From assembly GCA_020024235.1 (NCBI GenBank), contig JAHHUA010000001.1:1-40780 (forward strand): a DNA stretch of 40,780 nt. Direction: 5' to 3'. The notes below the pieces were generated by a model. The model saw only the letters and a program-made list of their open reading frames with translations, ran no database searches and was not told where the DNA came from. This DNA is from Oscillospiraceae bacterium (lineage in GTDB: Bacteria > Bacillota > Clostridia > Oscillospirales > Ruminococcaceae). Position numbers and translations under genes: made by a program. Below, one piece after another: positions 1 through 10,248 of this stretch (position 1 is the first letter of the stretch; each line of letters begins with the position of its first letter).

Positions 1-61
1 AATTTACATTAATTTTCCTTATTCATAAATTTTTACACTCTATTAACAAAATTTATGCTTA

Positions 62-1147
62 TTAATTATGTGATTTTGCGGAATAATCTTTAAAACAAAG
101 GTTTATATCCACATCAGCAGGGATACCATCAAATTTTCCTTTATGGGTATACTGCCACATATCCAGTTTATATGGATAGTATAAATTTTTCTGATACTGA
201 GCCAGCCATATATCATATTTCATTATTTTTTCAATGTCATAATTTTCTATCAGCCAGCGAATATTTCCGTATATCATGGGTATATAGCCATGTTTTTCCA
301 CCTGGTCGCAGAAAGCCAACGCAATTTTTGTTCTTTCTGTGGTTGTTAAATCCTCAGTACGGTAATCATCATCATGAATTTCTTCCATATCAAAAACCAC
401 AGGATAGGTAATATTGTATTTTTTTATAAGATCAGCGGTAAAATCGGCTTCTTCTCTGGCTTCCATTTCATTTACAGCCTGTGAAAAGAAATAAACACCT
501 ACATCTATATCATTTTCAAGAGCACCTTTAATATTAGCCTCAAATGTGCTGTCCTCCATAAGCTTTCCTGTAGCGTATCCTCTAAAACCGCATCTTATTA
601 TAGCAAAGTCAATTCCGCTTTCTTTTACCTTTTTCCAGTTTATATCTTTTTGGAACAAGGAAACATCAATGCCTTTTTTGGCTTTATGATTGGTTTTTTC
701 ATCAAAATAAATAAATCCTTCCTCTTCATCATGAATAAAACTTTCCGGATTTAATTTATTGGGAGGAATTTTTTCATCTAATGGTTTAAAAGTAATTCCG
801 TCTTTTCCATAAAATACAATATTTTCGGGATAAAGTTTCTGAAATAGCGTTAAAGATAATCCGTATTGTATAGTTTTATTTTTTAAATCCTCTTTGTAAA
901 AATATTCCCCTGTGGGAATAAGTTTTTCCATTTCTTCATTGGTGTTTTTCAGTTCTGTTATTTCATCATTTAAGTTTCTGATTTTGTTTATACTGATAAA
1001 TAAAGCTCCTATTAACAAAAACAGTAATACAATTATAATTATAACAGCTGTAATTCGTTCCATATGTTTTTGAGAACCCTGTTTTCTGGTTTTTCTCCTA
1101 TTAGGCGGAACTGTTTTTTGTGTTTGATTTATCGTTTGTTCAGTCAT
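62..1147 (-). CDS. Membrane-anchored GH25-family muramidase (lysozyme)
   Basis: ORF 62..1153. It has an N-terminal TM helix (AVIIIIVLLFLLIGALFISI) followed by a GH25-like core (GIDVSLFQKDINW, IDFAIIRCGFRGY, DVGVYFFS). The TTG at 1153 lies next to or inside the SD AAAGGAA, so the ATG at 1147 (7 nt after the SD) is preferred. Confidence 0.8.
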   Translation of the reverse strand: MTEQTINQTQKTVPPNRRKTRKQGSQKHMERITAVIIIIVLLFLLIGALFISINKIRNLNDEITELKNTNEEMEKLIPTGEYFYKEDLKNKTIQYGLSLTLFQKLYPENIVFYGKDGITFKPLDEKIPPNKLNPESFIHDEEEGFIYFDEKTNHKAKKGIDVSLFQKDINWKKVKESGIDFAIIRCGFRGYATGKLMEDSTFEANIKGALENDIDVGVYFFSQAVNEMEAREEADFTADLIKKYNITYPVVFDMEEIHDDDYRTEDLTTTERTKIALAFCDQVEKHGYIPMIYGNIRWLIENYDIEKIMKYDIWLAQYQKNLYYPYKLDMWQYTHKGKFDGIPADVDINLCFKDYSAKSHN

Positions 1148-1168
1148 TTTCAAATTCCTTTTTTTATT

Positions 1169-2374
1169 TTACATATCTATATTTCTGCGTACATAGTCCA
1201 CTACACCGATTTCCTTATTTTCATGAGTGTAAATCCGAGGTACTCTTTTACCGATAATACAAATTTTTTCATAGTTGACTGTATTGCCTATATCAGCCAT
1301 TTCCTCAAAGCTGATAGTATTTTCTCCGTCAGTTCCCACAATGGTAACTGTATCTCCGATTTTTACATCCTTTATATCTGTAACATCCAGCATAAGCTGA
1401 TCCATACAAACTCTTCCCACAATTTTCGCTTTTTGTCCTTTTACCAACATATATGCAGTATCAGAAAGTTCCCGTTCAATTCCGTCAGCATAGCCTATTG
1501 CCACGGTGGCAATTTTCATTTTATTTTTTGCTGTAAAAATTCTTCCGTAACTAACAGTGGTTCCTGCATCAATTTGTTTAACCATAGTAATTGTTGAATA
1601 AAGCTGCATTACAGGTTTAAGCGGTATCATACCCTCTAATTCTTTGCTGGGACTAAGTCCGTATGTGATAATTCCCGGACGAACCATATCCATGTGCATT
1701 TCGGGATAACAAATTGTAGCAGCACTGTTGCAGCAATGTTTTATTTTAAAAGTCATTCCCCTTTTTTCCAAAACAGAAATAATATTTTTAAAAGATTCAA
1801 ACTGATGATAAGTAAAATCAACAGACTTTTGATTTTTTTCATCTGCCACTGCAAAATGTGTAAATATTCCATAAGGTCTGAAACAGGGCATATGATATAT
1901 TTCCCTGATTTCTTCTGTAGTTCTGTTTAAATGATTGTCATCCACTACAAAACCCAGTCTTGACATTCCAGTATCAATTTTTATGTGTATATCAATAATA
2001 ACATGTTCTTTTTGACAGGCTTTTGCCAATTCCTTGGCATATTCTATTGAGTAAACAGTTTGTGTAATATTATATTCATTTATTGTTTTGGCAAATCTTG
2101 CAGGAGTATGTCCAAATATTAAAATCGGATGATAAATCCCCTGTTTTCTCAAAGAAACTGCTTCATCAATATTGGAAACACCAAACCAATTAACACCAAG
2201 TCGCACCAGTTCATCACTGATATATTTATCCCCATGTCCATAGCCGTCGGCTTTTACCACACCCATAAGCATACACTGGGGATCTAATAATTTTTTTATA
2301 GTTTTTATATTTTCTGCCACAGCATCTAAATCGACCACTGCCCAGCTTCTTTTTAAAAGGTCCATGTTCTGCAT
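1169..2374 (-). CDS. alr: Alanine racemase
   Basis: 401-aa ORF with the PLP-lysine motif VVKADGYGHG and full-length resemblance to Alr. GGGAG abuts the first ATG, so the ATG at 2365 (MDLLKR) may be the true start. Confidence 0.9.
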   Translation of the reverse strand: MQNMDLLKRSWAVVDLDAVAENIKTIKKLLDPQCMLMGVVKADGYGHGDKYISDELVRLGVNWFGVSNIDEAVSLRKQGIYHPILIFGHTPARFAKTINEYNITQTVYSIEYAKELAKACQKEHVIIDIHIKIDTGMSRLGFVVDDNHLNRTTEEIREIYHMPCFRPYGIFTHFAVADEKNQKSVDFTYHQFESFKNIISVLEKRGMTFKIKHCCNSAATICYPEMHMDMVRPGIITYGLSPSKELEGMIPLKPVMQLYSTITMVKQIDAGTTVSYGRIFTAKNKMKIATVAIGYADGIERELSDTAYMLVKGQKAKIVGRVCMDQLMLDVTDIKDVKIGDTVTIVGTDGENTISFEEMADIGNTVNYEKICIIGKRVPRIYTHENKEIGVVDYVRRNIDM

Positions 2375-2443
2375 CTCCCGTTTATTTTAAATTAAAATCC
2401 CTTACAGTATATTAGCCAAAATTTAAGGTTATTCACCGGGGTT

Positions 2444-3724
2444 TTATAAATCACCTGTTTCTATGCTTGAAACTTCCGATAATGTTTTTCTGATCTGTCT
2501 TGTTCTGACACCTACTAATTTATCAAGTTCCGAATTTGCCTGCTCCAATCTTTGCTGTGTAAGCAAGAGAACTTCGGAAAATTTATCAAATTCTGTTTTA
2601 ACAGAACCTAAAACACGCCAAACCTCAGCACTGCGTTTTTCTATGGCAAATGTTTTAAAGCCCATCTGCAAACTGTTTAATAATGCTGCCATCGTGCTGG
2701 GACCTGCTATATTTACTCTATATTCCTTTTGCAGAGTTTCCACCATTCCACGGTTTACCACTTCCGCATAAAGCCCCTCAAAGGGCAAAAACATAATGGC
2801 AAAATCCGTAGTGGCAGGTGGGTCTAAATATTTATCTCTTATATCTTTTGCAAAGGATTTTATGCGGTTTTTTAATGCTGAAACCGCTGTATTAATCTGT
2901 TCTTTGTCAACACTGTCATAAGCCTCCAGCAAATTGGAGTAAGCATCTGCCGGAAATTTTGCATCTATTGGAAGATACAGAGTTTCACCACTGCCTGTGG
3001 GAATTTTAACCGCAAATTCCACAAAATTCTGAGTACCTTTTTTTGTGGCAGCATTTTTAACATACTGGTCAGGTGAAAGTATCTCCTCTAAAATGGCACC
3101 AAGCTGTATTTCGCCCAAAACTCCACGGGTTTTTACATTGGAAAGCACTTTTTTAAGATCCCCTACCCCCGATGCCAAGGTCTGCATTTCTCCCAAACCA
3201 CGGTAAACCTGTTCCAGTCGTTCCTCCACCAACTTAAAGGATTTTGTCATTCTCTCATCCAGCTTTTGGTCAACAGTAAGACGGATTTCCTCCAGTTTTT
3301 GATTATTGTCCTCCTGTAAATAGGATAGTTTCTTTTCCACGGAAGATCTTATCATATCCAGTCTTTGTTCGCTTTCGGCTGAAAAAGTTTTAAAACGGTT
3401 TTCCTGCTGATTTAACTGGAGAATAATGCTGTTTTGCAAATCCTCCTGCTGTTTTAGAAGGCTGTAATTAATCTGACGCAGATATTTATCCTGAGATTCA
3501 AATTTTTGGGACAAAACATTGCTTGTAAAATCTGCAAAACTTCTTACGGAATTATTCACTCCCATATCTATATCCTGCCTGAGCTGGGCAAAATCACGGG
3601 AAAAATCTCCGCCTCTTGCAGAGCGAATCTCTCTTTTTAATGTGGTTATTTTTCCGAAAACCACAAATAAAAGAGCTATTCCGATTAAATTTAAAATCAA
3701 AGAAATAATTATAACTATCTCCAT
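2444..3724 (-). CDS. rmuC: DNA recombination protein RmuC
   Basis: 426 aa with an N-terminal TM helix, a long coiled-coil region and a C-terminal RmuC nuclease-like region (FAIMFLPFEGLYAE). SD AGGAGA lies 5 nt upstream of the ATG. Confidence 0.85.
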   Translation of the reverse strand: MEIVIIISLILNLIGIALLFVVFGKITTLKREIRSARGGDFSRDFAQLRQDIDMGVNNSVRSFADFTSNVLSQKFESQDKYLRQINYSLLKQQEDLQNSIILQLNQQENRFKTFSAESEQRLDMIRSSVEKKLSYLQEDNNQKLEEIRLTVDQKLDERMTKSFKLVEERLEQVYRGLGEMQTLASGVGDLKKVLSNVKTRGVLGEIQLGAILEEILSPDQYVKNAATKKGTQNFVEFAVKIPTGSGETLYLPIDAKFPADAYSNLLEAYDSVDKEQINTAVSALKNRIKSFAKDIRDKYLDPPATTDFAIMFLPFEGLYAEVVNRGMVETLQKEYRVNIAGPSTMAALLNSLQMGFKTFAIEKRSAEVWRVLGSVKTEFDKFSEVLLLTQQRLEQANSELDKLVGVRTRQIRKTLSEVSSIETGDL

Positions 3725-3733
3725 GATTTTCTC

Positions 3734-3937
3734 CTATTCTTTAGGTGTTACTTTGGTTTTATTGCCGTTTTCATCTACAAAGTACATATTGTCAAGCTGA
3801 GATTTAAGACTTACTTTAAAGCCCTGTATATATTCATCACGCAGTTTTTTCTGCTCTGCTTTTTCAGCTTCAGTAAGTCCTGTTTCTCTGGATTTTTTGG
3901 CAAGCTCGTTTATTCTTTTAATTTTGTCATCTATCAT
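3734..3937 (-). CDS. DUF896 (UPF0291) family small protein
   Basis: The sequence KIKRINELAKKSRETGLTEAEKAEQKKLRDEYI is typical of UPF0291. The ORF-track start at 3958 is a TTG overlapping the ppiase stop. AAGGAGA followed by 8 nt points to the ATG at 3937 (67 aa). Confidence 0.7.
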   Translation of the reverse strand: MIDDKIKRINELAKKSRETGLTEAEKAEQKKLRDEYIQGFKVSLKSQLDNMYFVDENGNKTKVTPKE

Positions 3938-3950
3938 TTTTGATTTCTCC

Positions 3951-4667
3951 TTACTCAACTACAATTTCTTCAATTACAGCAGGTTCTTTTGATGATGCTG
4001 TTCCCATAATTTTATCAACCACATCAAGACCGCTGATTACCTGTCCGAAAACAGTGTGGTTTCCGTCCAGCCATGGAGCACCTCCCACTTCGCTGTATTT
4101 TTCTATAACTTTTTCAGGGAAAAGAGATTTTCTCATTTTTTCAACGGAATTTTCATTAACGGTTTTGGAATTTATAATATAGAATTGACTTCCGTTTTTA
4201 TTTCTCTCGGTAGCTGCCATACCCACAGCTCCTCGGAAATTCCAAAGTTCAGGGTCAAGTTCGTTGGGAAAAGGCTTGTCCCACATACTTCTCCCACCGC
4301 TGCCGTCCTGAGGATCCCCTGCTTTTACATAATAGTCAGCAACTACCTGTGTAAATTTAAGTCCGTTATAAAACCCCTGTTCTGCCAGGTAAATAAAGTT
4401 TTCACAGGCTTTGGGTGCCTTTTCGGGGTAAAGTACAATTTTAATACTGCCCAGATTTGTTTTAATTACAACTTTTTTTCCTGAATAACTGTTTCTGTCA
4501 AACTGGACTAAATTTATATTTTCACCGGATTCTTTCCACATATGTTCATTGTGAGTTTGGGGTATATTATCATCTGTTACGGTAGTTTGCCCGTTTACAA
4601 AAAAATAAAAATATCCCGATACAAATATTACAAGTATAATTGCGATAAATAATATTTTTTGCAGCAT
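3951..4667 (-). CDS. Cyclophilin-type peptidyl-prolyl cis-trans isomerase, N-terminally membrane-anchored
   Basis: TM helix ILFIAIILVIFVSGYFYFF plus cyclophilin motifs (GAVGMAATERNKNGSQFYI, LDGNHTVFGQVISGLDVVDKI). SD is AGGAGGA. Confidence 0.85.
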   Translation of the reverse strand: MLQKILFIAIILVIFVSGYFYFFVNGQTTVTDDNIPQTHNEHMWKESGENINLVQFDRNSYSGKKVVIKTNLGSIKIVLYPEKAPKACENFIYLAEQGFYNGLKFTQVVADYYVKAGDPQDGSGGRSMWDKPFPNELDPELWNFRGAVGMAATERNKNGSQFYIINSKTVNENSVEKMRKSLFPEKVIEKYSEVGGAPWLDGNHTVFGQVISGLDVVDKIMGTASSKEPAVIEEIVVE

Positions 4668-4689
4668 TTATATCCTCCTGTTCTTCCTT

Positions 4690-5370
4690 TTAATTTTCTG
4701 TTTTTCGGTTTGCTGTGTATTTATTTAAAAGACTGTAAAATTCCTTTGAATGGTTATGATAAATAAAATGTATGTACTCATGATACATGGTTTCCTCAGC
4801 CAAAGTTTTGGGAAAATAAGCAAGCCTTGTATTAAGAATAATTTTATTTTTAGTATAATAGCAAATCCCCCAGCAGCTTTTCATTTTCTTTATAACTAAA
4901 GCCGGCTCTTCACCTTTATATTCCTGTAGGGTATTATATACCTTTTGTGATAATTTCTCAAATACTATTTTGCACTGATTTCTAAGAAATGTTTCCATAT
5001 CTTTTTGAGGATTTTGACTTTTTAATGATATAGCTATAATTTTATCTTCCGATTTTATTTCCGGGGTTTTATTTTGGGAATTACTTCTGTTTATTATATG
5101 CTTTTCTCCCCATATATAAAATATATCACCTTCATTAAACTGACAGTTTTCATTTATATAATATATGGTTTTTTTTAATTTTTCCCTCACTTTTATAATT
5201 TTATCTTCGCTTAATAAAACAAAATTATCTATATCTTTGTTTGGAACGATTTTTCCTGCACTTATTGCTATGGTTCCGTCCTTCTCAACTTTTATTTTTA
5301 TACCTTTCATTTTTCGACGGGAAAGCTTATAGGATAAATCACTGCTTTTTCCATATAAATTGCGATACAT
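4690..5370 (-). CDS. YgjP-like (DUF45) M48-type metallohydrolase
   Basis: 226 aa with a C-terminal HExxH (MYHEYIHFIYHNHSKEFYSLL), characteristic of the DUF45/SprT-like family. SD is GGAGGA. Confidence 0.7.
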   Translation of the reverse strand: MYRNLYGKSSDLSYKLSRRKMKGIKIKVEKDGTIAISAGKIVPNKDIDNFVLLSEDKIIKVREKLKKTIYYINENCQFNEGDIFYIWGEKHIINRSNSQNKTPEIKSEDKIIAISLKSQNPQKDMETFLRNQCKIVFEKLSQKVYNTLQEYKGEEPALVIKKMKSCWGICYYTKNKIILNTRLAYFPKTLAEETMYHEYIHFIYHNHSKEFYSLLNKYTANRKTEN

Positions 5371-5590
5371 AAGTTTCCTCCGTTTTTTAAGCGTATAAAG
5401 TTATTATACTATAAAATAAGGGAATATGTAAACAGATTTAAGATAAGATTTACATCTTATATATCAATGATTTTTATGAAATTTTAAACTTTTTCTTTAA
5501 TATCCTAAATTTCACTGGACTTTTACCGAAAAAAGCAATAAAATAGTATAATATATGTAATTTAATTTTAATGATAAGTTGAGGTGTGAT

Positions 5591-8500
5591 ATGAAAGATT
5601 TTTCCAAACTTCTGAGTGAACTTTTGCAGTTTAAAGAAATGACAGCGGACATAAAAGAGGGCAGAACCCCTGTGCTTATGTCAGGTCTGTCACAGATTCA
5701 CAAATCACATTTTATATACGGATATTGTCAAAACGAAAATGCCCCCGCATTGCTCATTACCTCAGATGATTCTTCGGCGGTGAAATTTGTCGATGAATTA
5801 AATGCTTTCTTCGGTGAGGAAAAAGCTATGCTCTATCCCACCAGAGATTTCATCTATCGGGATGTTGAAGGTATTTCCAGAGAATATGAACATCAGCGGC
5901 TTAAAGTTTTGGAAAATATTGCGGCTGGCGGCAAAAATATAATTGTAACCGGAGCGGAAGCTCTTTTGCAATATACTATTCCACCGAAAAATCTGGCTGA
6001 AAACACTATTAAACTTTCTGTGGGAGATACCTGTGATATAAAAACACTGATACAAAAATTGGTTCAGGCAGGTTACAGTGCCGCACCGCAAGTTGACGGT
6101 GTATGTCAGTTTTCTCACAGAGGGGGTATTTTGGATATTTTTCCTCCCCATACAGAGGATCCTTTCCGAATTGAATTTTGGGACGATGAAATAGACAGCA
6201 TTGCTCCGTTTAAAATAGAAACCCAACGGCGTGAAGGAATCTGCGACAGCATTGATATTACTCCTGCCAGAGAAGTGCTTTTTGAAAGTTCGGAAAAAAT
6301 GCTGGATATTCTTAAAACCCAGCTTTCAAAACTCACTTCAAAATCCATGGAAAAAGCCAGAGCAAATATCTCTGCTGATATTGACAGATTAAATGATAAT
6401 CTTACTTTAGGCAATGTAAACAGATATTTGCCCCTTATATACCCCAAGCCCGCTACAATTTTTGATTATATATCCTCTGACACAGTGATATTTTTTAATG
6501 ACCCCGCAGCTGTTAAAGATACTTTAAAAACCGTATCATCTCAAATAAGGGAGGATACTGAATCCCTTTTGGAAGAAGGTCTGGTTTTCCCCGGCTGCGA
6601 CACTTTTTCAGCGGACTATCCCTATCTTATTTCAAGATTAAGTCTTCTGCCCTGTGTTATAATGGAAACATTTGAAAGGGTAAGCTATGATATTCCCGTA
6701 AAAAGAAGTCATGGTGTAAATGCCACACCTCTTTCCCCATGGAGCGGTGAATACGGAATTTTAAAAGAAGAACTGGAAGAATTGCTGGACCATAAATATT
6801 TCTGTGTTGTTATGGCAGGCACGGAAAGAGCTGCTGCGGCTTTAACTTCCGACCTTTTAAAAAGCGGTTTTAACGCTGTTACTGCTTCGGATATTTCCAA
6901 AATAAGTTATGGTCAGGTTACTGTAGTTCCTGCAACACTGCCATCAGGCTTTGAATACCCCGAAATAAAGCTCACTGTAAAAACTCAGGGAAAAATCGCC
7001 GCTTCAAAATCAAAACGGAAAAGCAAGCCTTCTTCAGCGGCAAAAATAAAAAATCTTTCCGACCTTACCGTGGGAGATTTGGTGGTTCACACCACTTACG
7101 GTGTGGGTATATTCGGCGGTATTGTAAAACGGGAATTTGACAATGTAATCAAAGATTATATAAAAATAAATTATGCCGGTTCCGATGTGCTTTATGTAGC
7201 TGTAAATCAGCTTGATTTAGTAACAAAATACATTGGTGCCAAAGAAGACTCAGGAGTAAAACTAAATAAATTAAACTCCGTAGAATGGTCAAATACCAAA
7301 AAACGGGTAAGAGCCGCTGTCAAGGATATGGCAAAGGAACTCACCGAGCTTTATGCAAAACGCCTTAAAACCAAAGGTTATGCCTTTTCCAAAGACACAG
7401 AATGGCAAAGAGAATTTGAACAGCGTTTTCCCTATGAAGAAACAGGAGATCAGCTGCGCTGTATAGATGAAATCAAATCCGATATGGAACGCCCCTCCCC
7501 CATGGACAGACTGCTTTGCGGAGATGTAGGCTTTGGAAAAACCGAAGTTGCCATCAGAGCTGCATTCAAATGTGTCATGGAGGGAAAACAGTGTGCCGTT
7601 TTGGTGCCTACCACAATTTTGGCATGGCAGCATTACAAAACTTTCTGCTCCAGAATGGAAAATTACCCTATTAAAATTGATATTTTATCCCGTTTCCGAA
7701 CTCCTAAACAGCAAAAACAAATTATTACCGAACTTAAAAAAGGATTGGTGGATATTGTAATCGGAACTCATCGTGTTATACAAAATGATGTGGATTTTAA
7801 AGACTTAGGTCTTTGCATAATTGATGAGGAACAGCGTTTCGGTGTAGCTCACAAGGAAAAATTCAAGGAACTGCGAAACAATGTAGATGTACTGACACTT
7901 TCTGCCACTCCTATCCCCCGAACTCTCAACATGGCCATGTCGGGAATACGAGATATGTCGGTAATTGAAGAAGCTCCCCAAGACCGTTTCCCTGTACAAA
8001 CCTATGTTATTGAACATAACTGGGGAATTATAGAACAGGCACTTAAAAAAGAACTGCGCCGTGGAGGTCAGGCTTTCTACCTTCACAACCGTGTGGAATC
8101 CATTGAAACCTGTGCTTTTAAACTTCAGCAGCTGCTACCTGATGCCAATATTACAGTAGCTCACGGCAAAATGAGCGAGGAACAGCTTTCTAAAATATGG
8201 CAGCAGCTTGTGGACAGAGAAATTGACATTTTAGTCTGCACCACCATTATAGAAACAGGTGTAGATGTATCCAACTGCAATACCATGATAATTGAAGATG
8301 CCGATAAAATGGGATTAAGTCAGCTTTATCAGTTAAGAGGCCGTGTAGGTCGTTCTTCCCGCCGTGCTTATGCTTATCTCACCTTCACCCAGGGAAAAGC
8401 TCTGACTGATATAGCCACAAAACGACTTTCTGCCATAAAGGAATTTACTTCATTCGGTTCAGGATTCAGAATTGCCATGCGTGATTTGGAAATCCGTGGT

Positions 8501-9052
8501 GCAGGAAGTATCTTAGGCGGAAAACAACATGGCCATATGGAAGCTGTGGGCTATGATATGTATATAAAAATGCTGGGTGATGCCATCGCCGAAGAAAGAG
8601 GAGAAGTTATCCCCGAAAAGTCTGCGGAATGTGCCATGGACCTTAGAATTGATGCTCATATCCCTGAAAAATACATCAGCGACTTAACTCAGAGAATTGA
8701 CATATACAAAAAGATTGCAGTTATAAAAAATAACGAAGATGCTATGGATGTTTTGGACGAACTTATTGACCGTTTCGGAGATCCGCCTCAATCCGTAAAA
8801 GGACTTGTAGATGTGGCTCTTATAAGAAACCGTGCAGCTATTATGGGTTTTGCGGAAATAAAACAGGATGACAAAAATCTCATTATGATTCCCGCTAAAT
8901 TTGACATGAAGGTCGCCTCGGAACTCACTTCCCGTCTAGGTAACAGAGTTACAGTAGTTGCCAAAGAAACTCCTTATTTTACAATGAAAATAGCCAAAGG
9001 ACAAAAACCTTTAGACGCTTTAAAAGAAATGCTTGATATAATTGAACTTTAA
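5591..9052 (+). CDS. mfd: Transcription-repair coupling factor Mfd
   Basis: About 1150 aa with a UvrB-like N-terminus, an SF2 helicase core (GDVGFGKTEVA, DEEQRFGV) and a TRG/CarD-like region. The ORF-track TTG at 5579 overlaps the SD GAGGTG, so the ATG at 5591 is preferred. Confidence 0.95.
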   Translation: MKDFSKLLSELLQFKEMTADIKEGRTPVLMSGLSQIHKSHFIYGYCQNENAPALLITSDDSSAVKFVDELNAFFGEEKAMLYPTRDFIYRDVEGISREYEHQRLKVLENIAAGGKNIIVTGAEALLQYTIPPKNLAENTIKLSVGDTCDIKTLIQKLVQAGYSAAPQVDGVCQFSHRGGILDIFPPHTEDPFRIEFWDDEIDSIAPFKIETQRREGICDSIDITPAREVLFESSEKMLDILKTQLSKLTSKSMEKARANISADIDRLNDNLTLGNVNRYLPLIYPKPATIFDYISSDTVIFFNDPAAVKDTLKTVSSQIREDTESLLEEGLVFPGCDTFSADYPYLISRLSLLPCVIMETFERVSYDIPVKRSHGVNATPLSPWSGEYGILKEELEELLDHKYFCVVMAGTERAAAALTSDLLKSGFNAVTASDISKISYGQVTVVPATLPSGFEYPEIKLTVKTQGKIAASKSKRKSKPSSAAKIKNLSDLTVGDLVVHTTYGVGIFGGIVKREFDNVIKDYIKINYAGSDVLYVAVNQLDLVTKYIGAKEDSGVKLNKLNSVEWSNTKKRVRAAVKDMAKELTELYAKRLKTKGYAFSKDTEWQREFEQRFPYEETGDQLRCIDEIKSDMERPSPMDRLLCGDVGFGKTEVAIRAAFKCVMEGKQCAVLVPTTILAWQHYKTFCSRMENYPIKIDILSRFRTPKQQKQIITELKKGLVDIVIGTHRVIQNDVDFKDLGLCIIDEEQRFGVAHKEKFKELRNNVDVLTLSATPIPRTLNMAMSGIRDMSVIEEAPQDRFPVQTYVIEHNWGIIEQALKKELRRGGQAFYLHNRVESIETCAFKLQQLLPDANITVAHGKMSEEQLSKIWQQLVDREIDILVCTTIIETGVDVSNCNTMIIEDADKMGLSQLYQLRGRVGRSSRRAYAYLTFTQGKALTDIATKRLSAIKEFTSFGSGFRIAMRDLEIRGAGSILGGKQHGHMEAVGYDMYIKMLGDAIAEERGEVIPEKSAECAMDLRIDAHIPEKYISDLTQRIDIYKKIAVIKNNEDAMDVLDELIDRFGDPPQSVKGLVDVALIRNRAAIMGFAEIKQDDKNLIMIPAKFDMKVASELTSRLGNRVTVVAKETPYFTMKIAKGQKPLDALKEMLDIIEL

Positions 9053-9070
9053 TTTAAAGGAGAGATTATT

Positions 9071-10084
9071 TTGAAAATACTTGCTATAGAAAGTTCCTGT
9101 GATGAAACTGCCGCTGCCATTGTGGAAGATGGCAGAAATGTACTTTCATCAGTGGTAAATACACAAATTGCAGAACATAAATTATATGGCGGAGTTGTTC
9201 CCGAAATTGCGGGACGCCGTCATATAGAAAATATTGTATCAGTAGTTGAAGAAACTTTAAACAAAGCCCAAATGACACTTAATGAAGTAGACGCCATAGC
9301 AGTTACTGCCGCACCGGGACTTATCGGTGCTGTACTTGTAGGTGTAAATTTTGCCAAAGGACTGGCTTTTTCTTCAAACAAACCCCTTATACCTGTTCAT
9401 CATATAAGAGGACATATTGCTGCCAATTACATATCTCATACTGAATTAAAACCGCCTTTTCTCTGTTTGGTAGTATCGGGAGGACACAGCAATATTATTG
9501 AAGTAAAAGACTACACTGATTTTAATATTATCGGAAAAACCCGTGATGATGCCGCAGGTGAGGCATTTGACAAGGCTGCAAGAGCTATGGGATTTCCTTA
9601 CCCCGGCGGTGTAAACCTGGATAAAACTGCAGTTACAGCCACACCGGGAAAATATAAACTTCCCCGACCATCTGTGGAAAACTCACCCTATGACTTTAGT
9701 TTTTCGGGACTTAAAACTTTTGTAATAAATCTTATCCACAATTCCAAACAAAAGGGTGTGGAAGTTGATATTCCCGCTCTCTGTGCCGATTTTCAAAATA
9801 CCGTTACTGAAATTCTATGCTCCCGAGTAGAACTTGCCGCCAAGGAATACGGCTACAGCACTATAGCTGTGGCTGGAGGAGTTGCCGCTAATTCAGGACT
9901 TCGCAAAGGTTTGGAAGAACTTTGCCTAAAAAATGACTATAAGCTTTATGTTCCGCCTCTTTCACTGTGCGGAGATAATGCCGCCATGATAGGCTCTCAG
10001 GCTTATTATGAATATTTAAAGGGTAAAATTGCGGATATGTCTTTAAACGGCAGAGCCGGAATGCCTATAAATCAGGATTTTTAA
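9071..10084 (+). CDS. tsaD: tRNA N6-adenosine threonylcarbamoyltransferase TsaD
   Basis: Starts MKILAIESSCDETAAAIV and carries the metal-binding motif HHIRGH. Full-length Kae1/TsaD pattern. TTG start preceded by AAAGGAGAG. Confidence 0.93.
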   Translation: MKILAIESSCDETAAAIVEDGRNVLSSVVNTQIAEHKLYGGVVPEIAGRRHIENIVSVVEETLNKAQMTLNEVDAIAVTAAPGLIGAVLVGVNFAKGLAFSSNKPLIPVHHIRGHIAANYISHTELKPPFLCLVVSGGHSNIIEVKDYTDFNIIGKTRDDAAGEAFDKAARAMGFPYPGGVNLDKTAVTATPGKYKLPRPSVENSPYDFSFSGLKTFVINLIHNSKQKGVEVDIPALCADFQNTVTEILCSRVELAAKEYGYSTIAVAGGVAANSGLRKGLEELCLKNDYKLYVPPLSLCGDNAAMIGSQAYYEYLKGKIADMSLNGRAGMPINQDF

Positions 10085-10115
10085 TTTCTTTTATGCCAAA
10101 TTTTATATAAAACAG

Positions 10116-10144
10116 TTGAAAATTTCTCCGTAATATAGTAGAAT
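10116..10144 (+). promoter_or_regulatory. Putative sigma-A promoter for the bactofilin gene
   Basis: TTGAAA (10116-10121), 17-nt spacer, TAGAAT (10139-10144). It lies about 105 nt upstream of the ATG. Confidence 0.5.
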
Positions 10145-10248
10145 AAATTTAAGTATCATATTATATGCAGATACAGCTGTTACAAGAGCTGCTTACAGAT
10201 AGCATATTGAATTTAATTTATAGATAAATTAACTAGGAGGAACATATA

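Noticed and set aside
5426-5455. 7-bp inverted repeat ATGTAAA-N16-TTTACAT with an internal direct repeat AGATTTA x2, in the divergent region between the DUF45 gene and mfd
   Set aside because: The repeats are short and AT-rich in an AT-rich intergenic region, so they are plausibly chance. No adjacent regulator gene suggests an operator.
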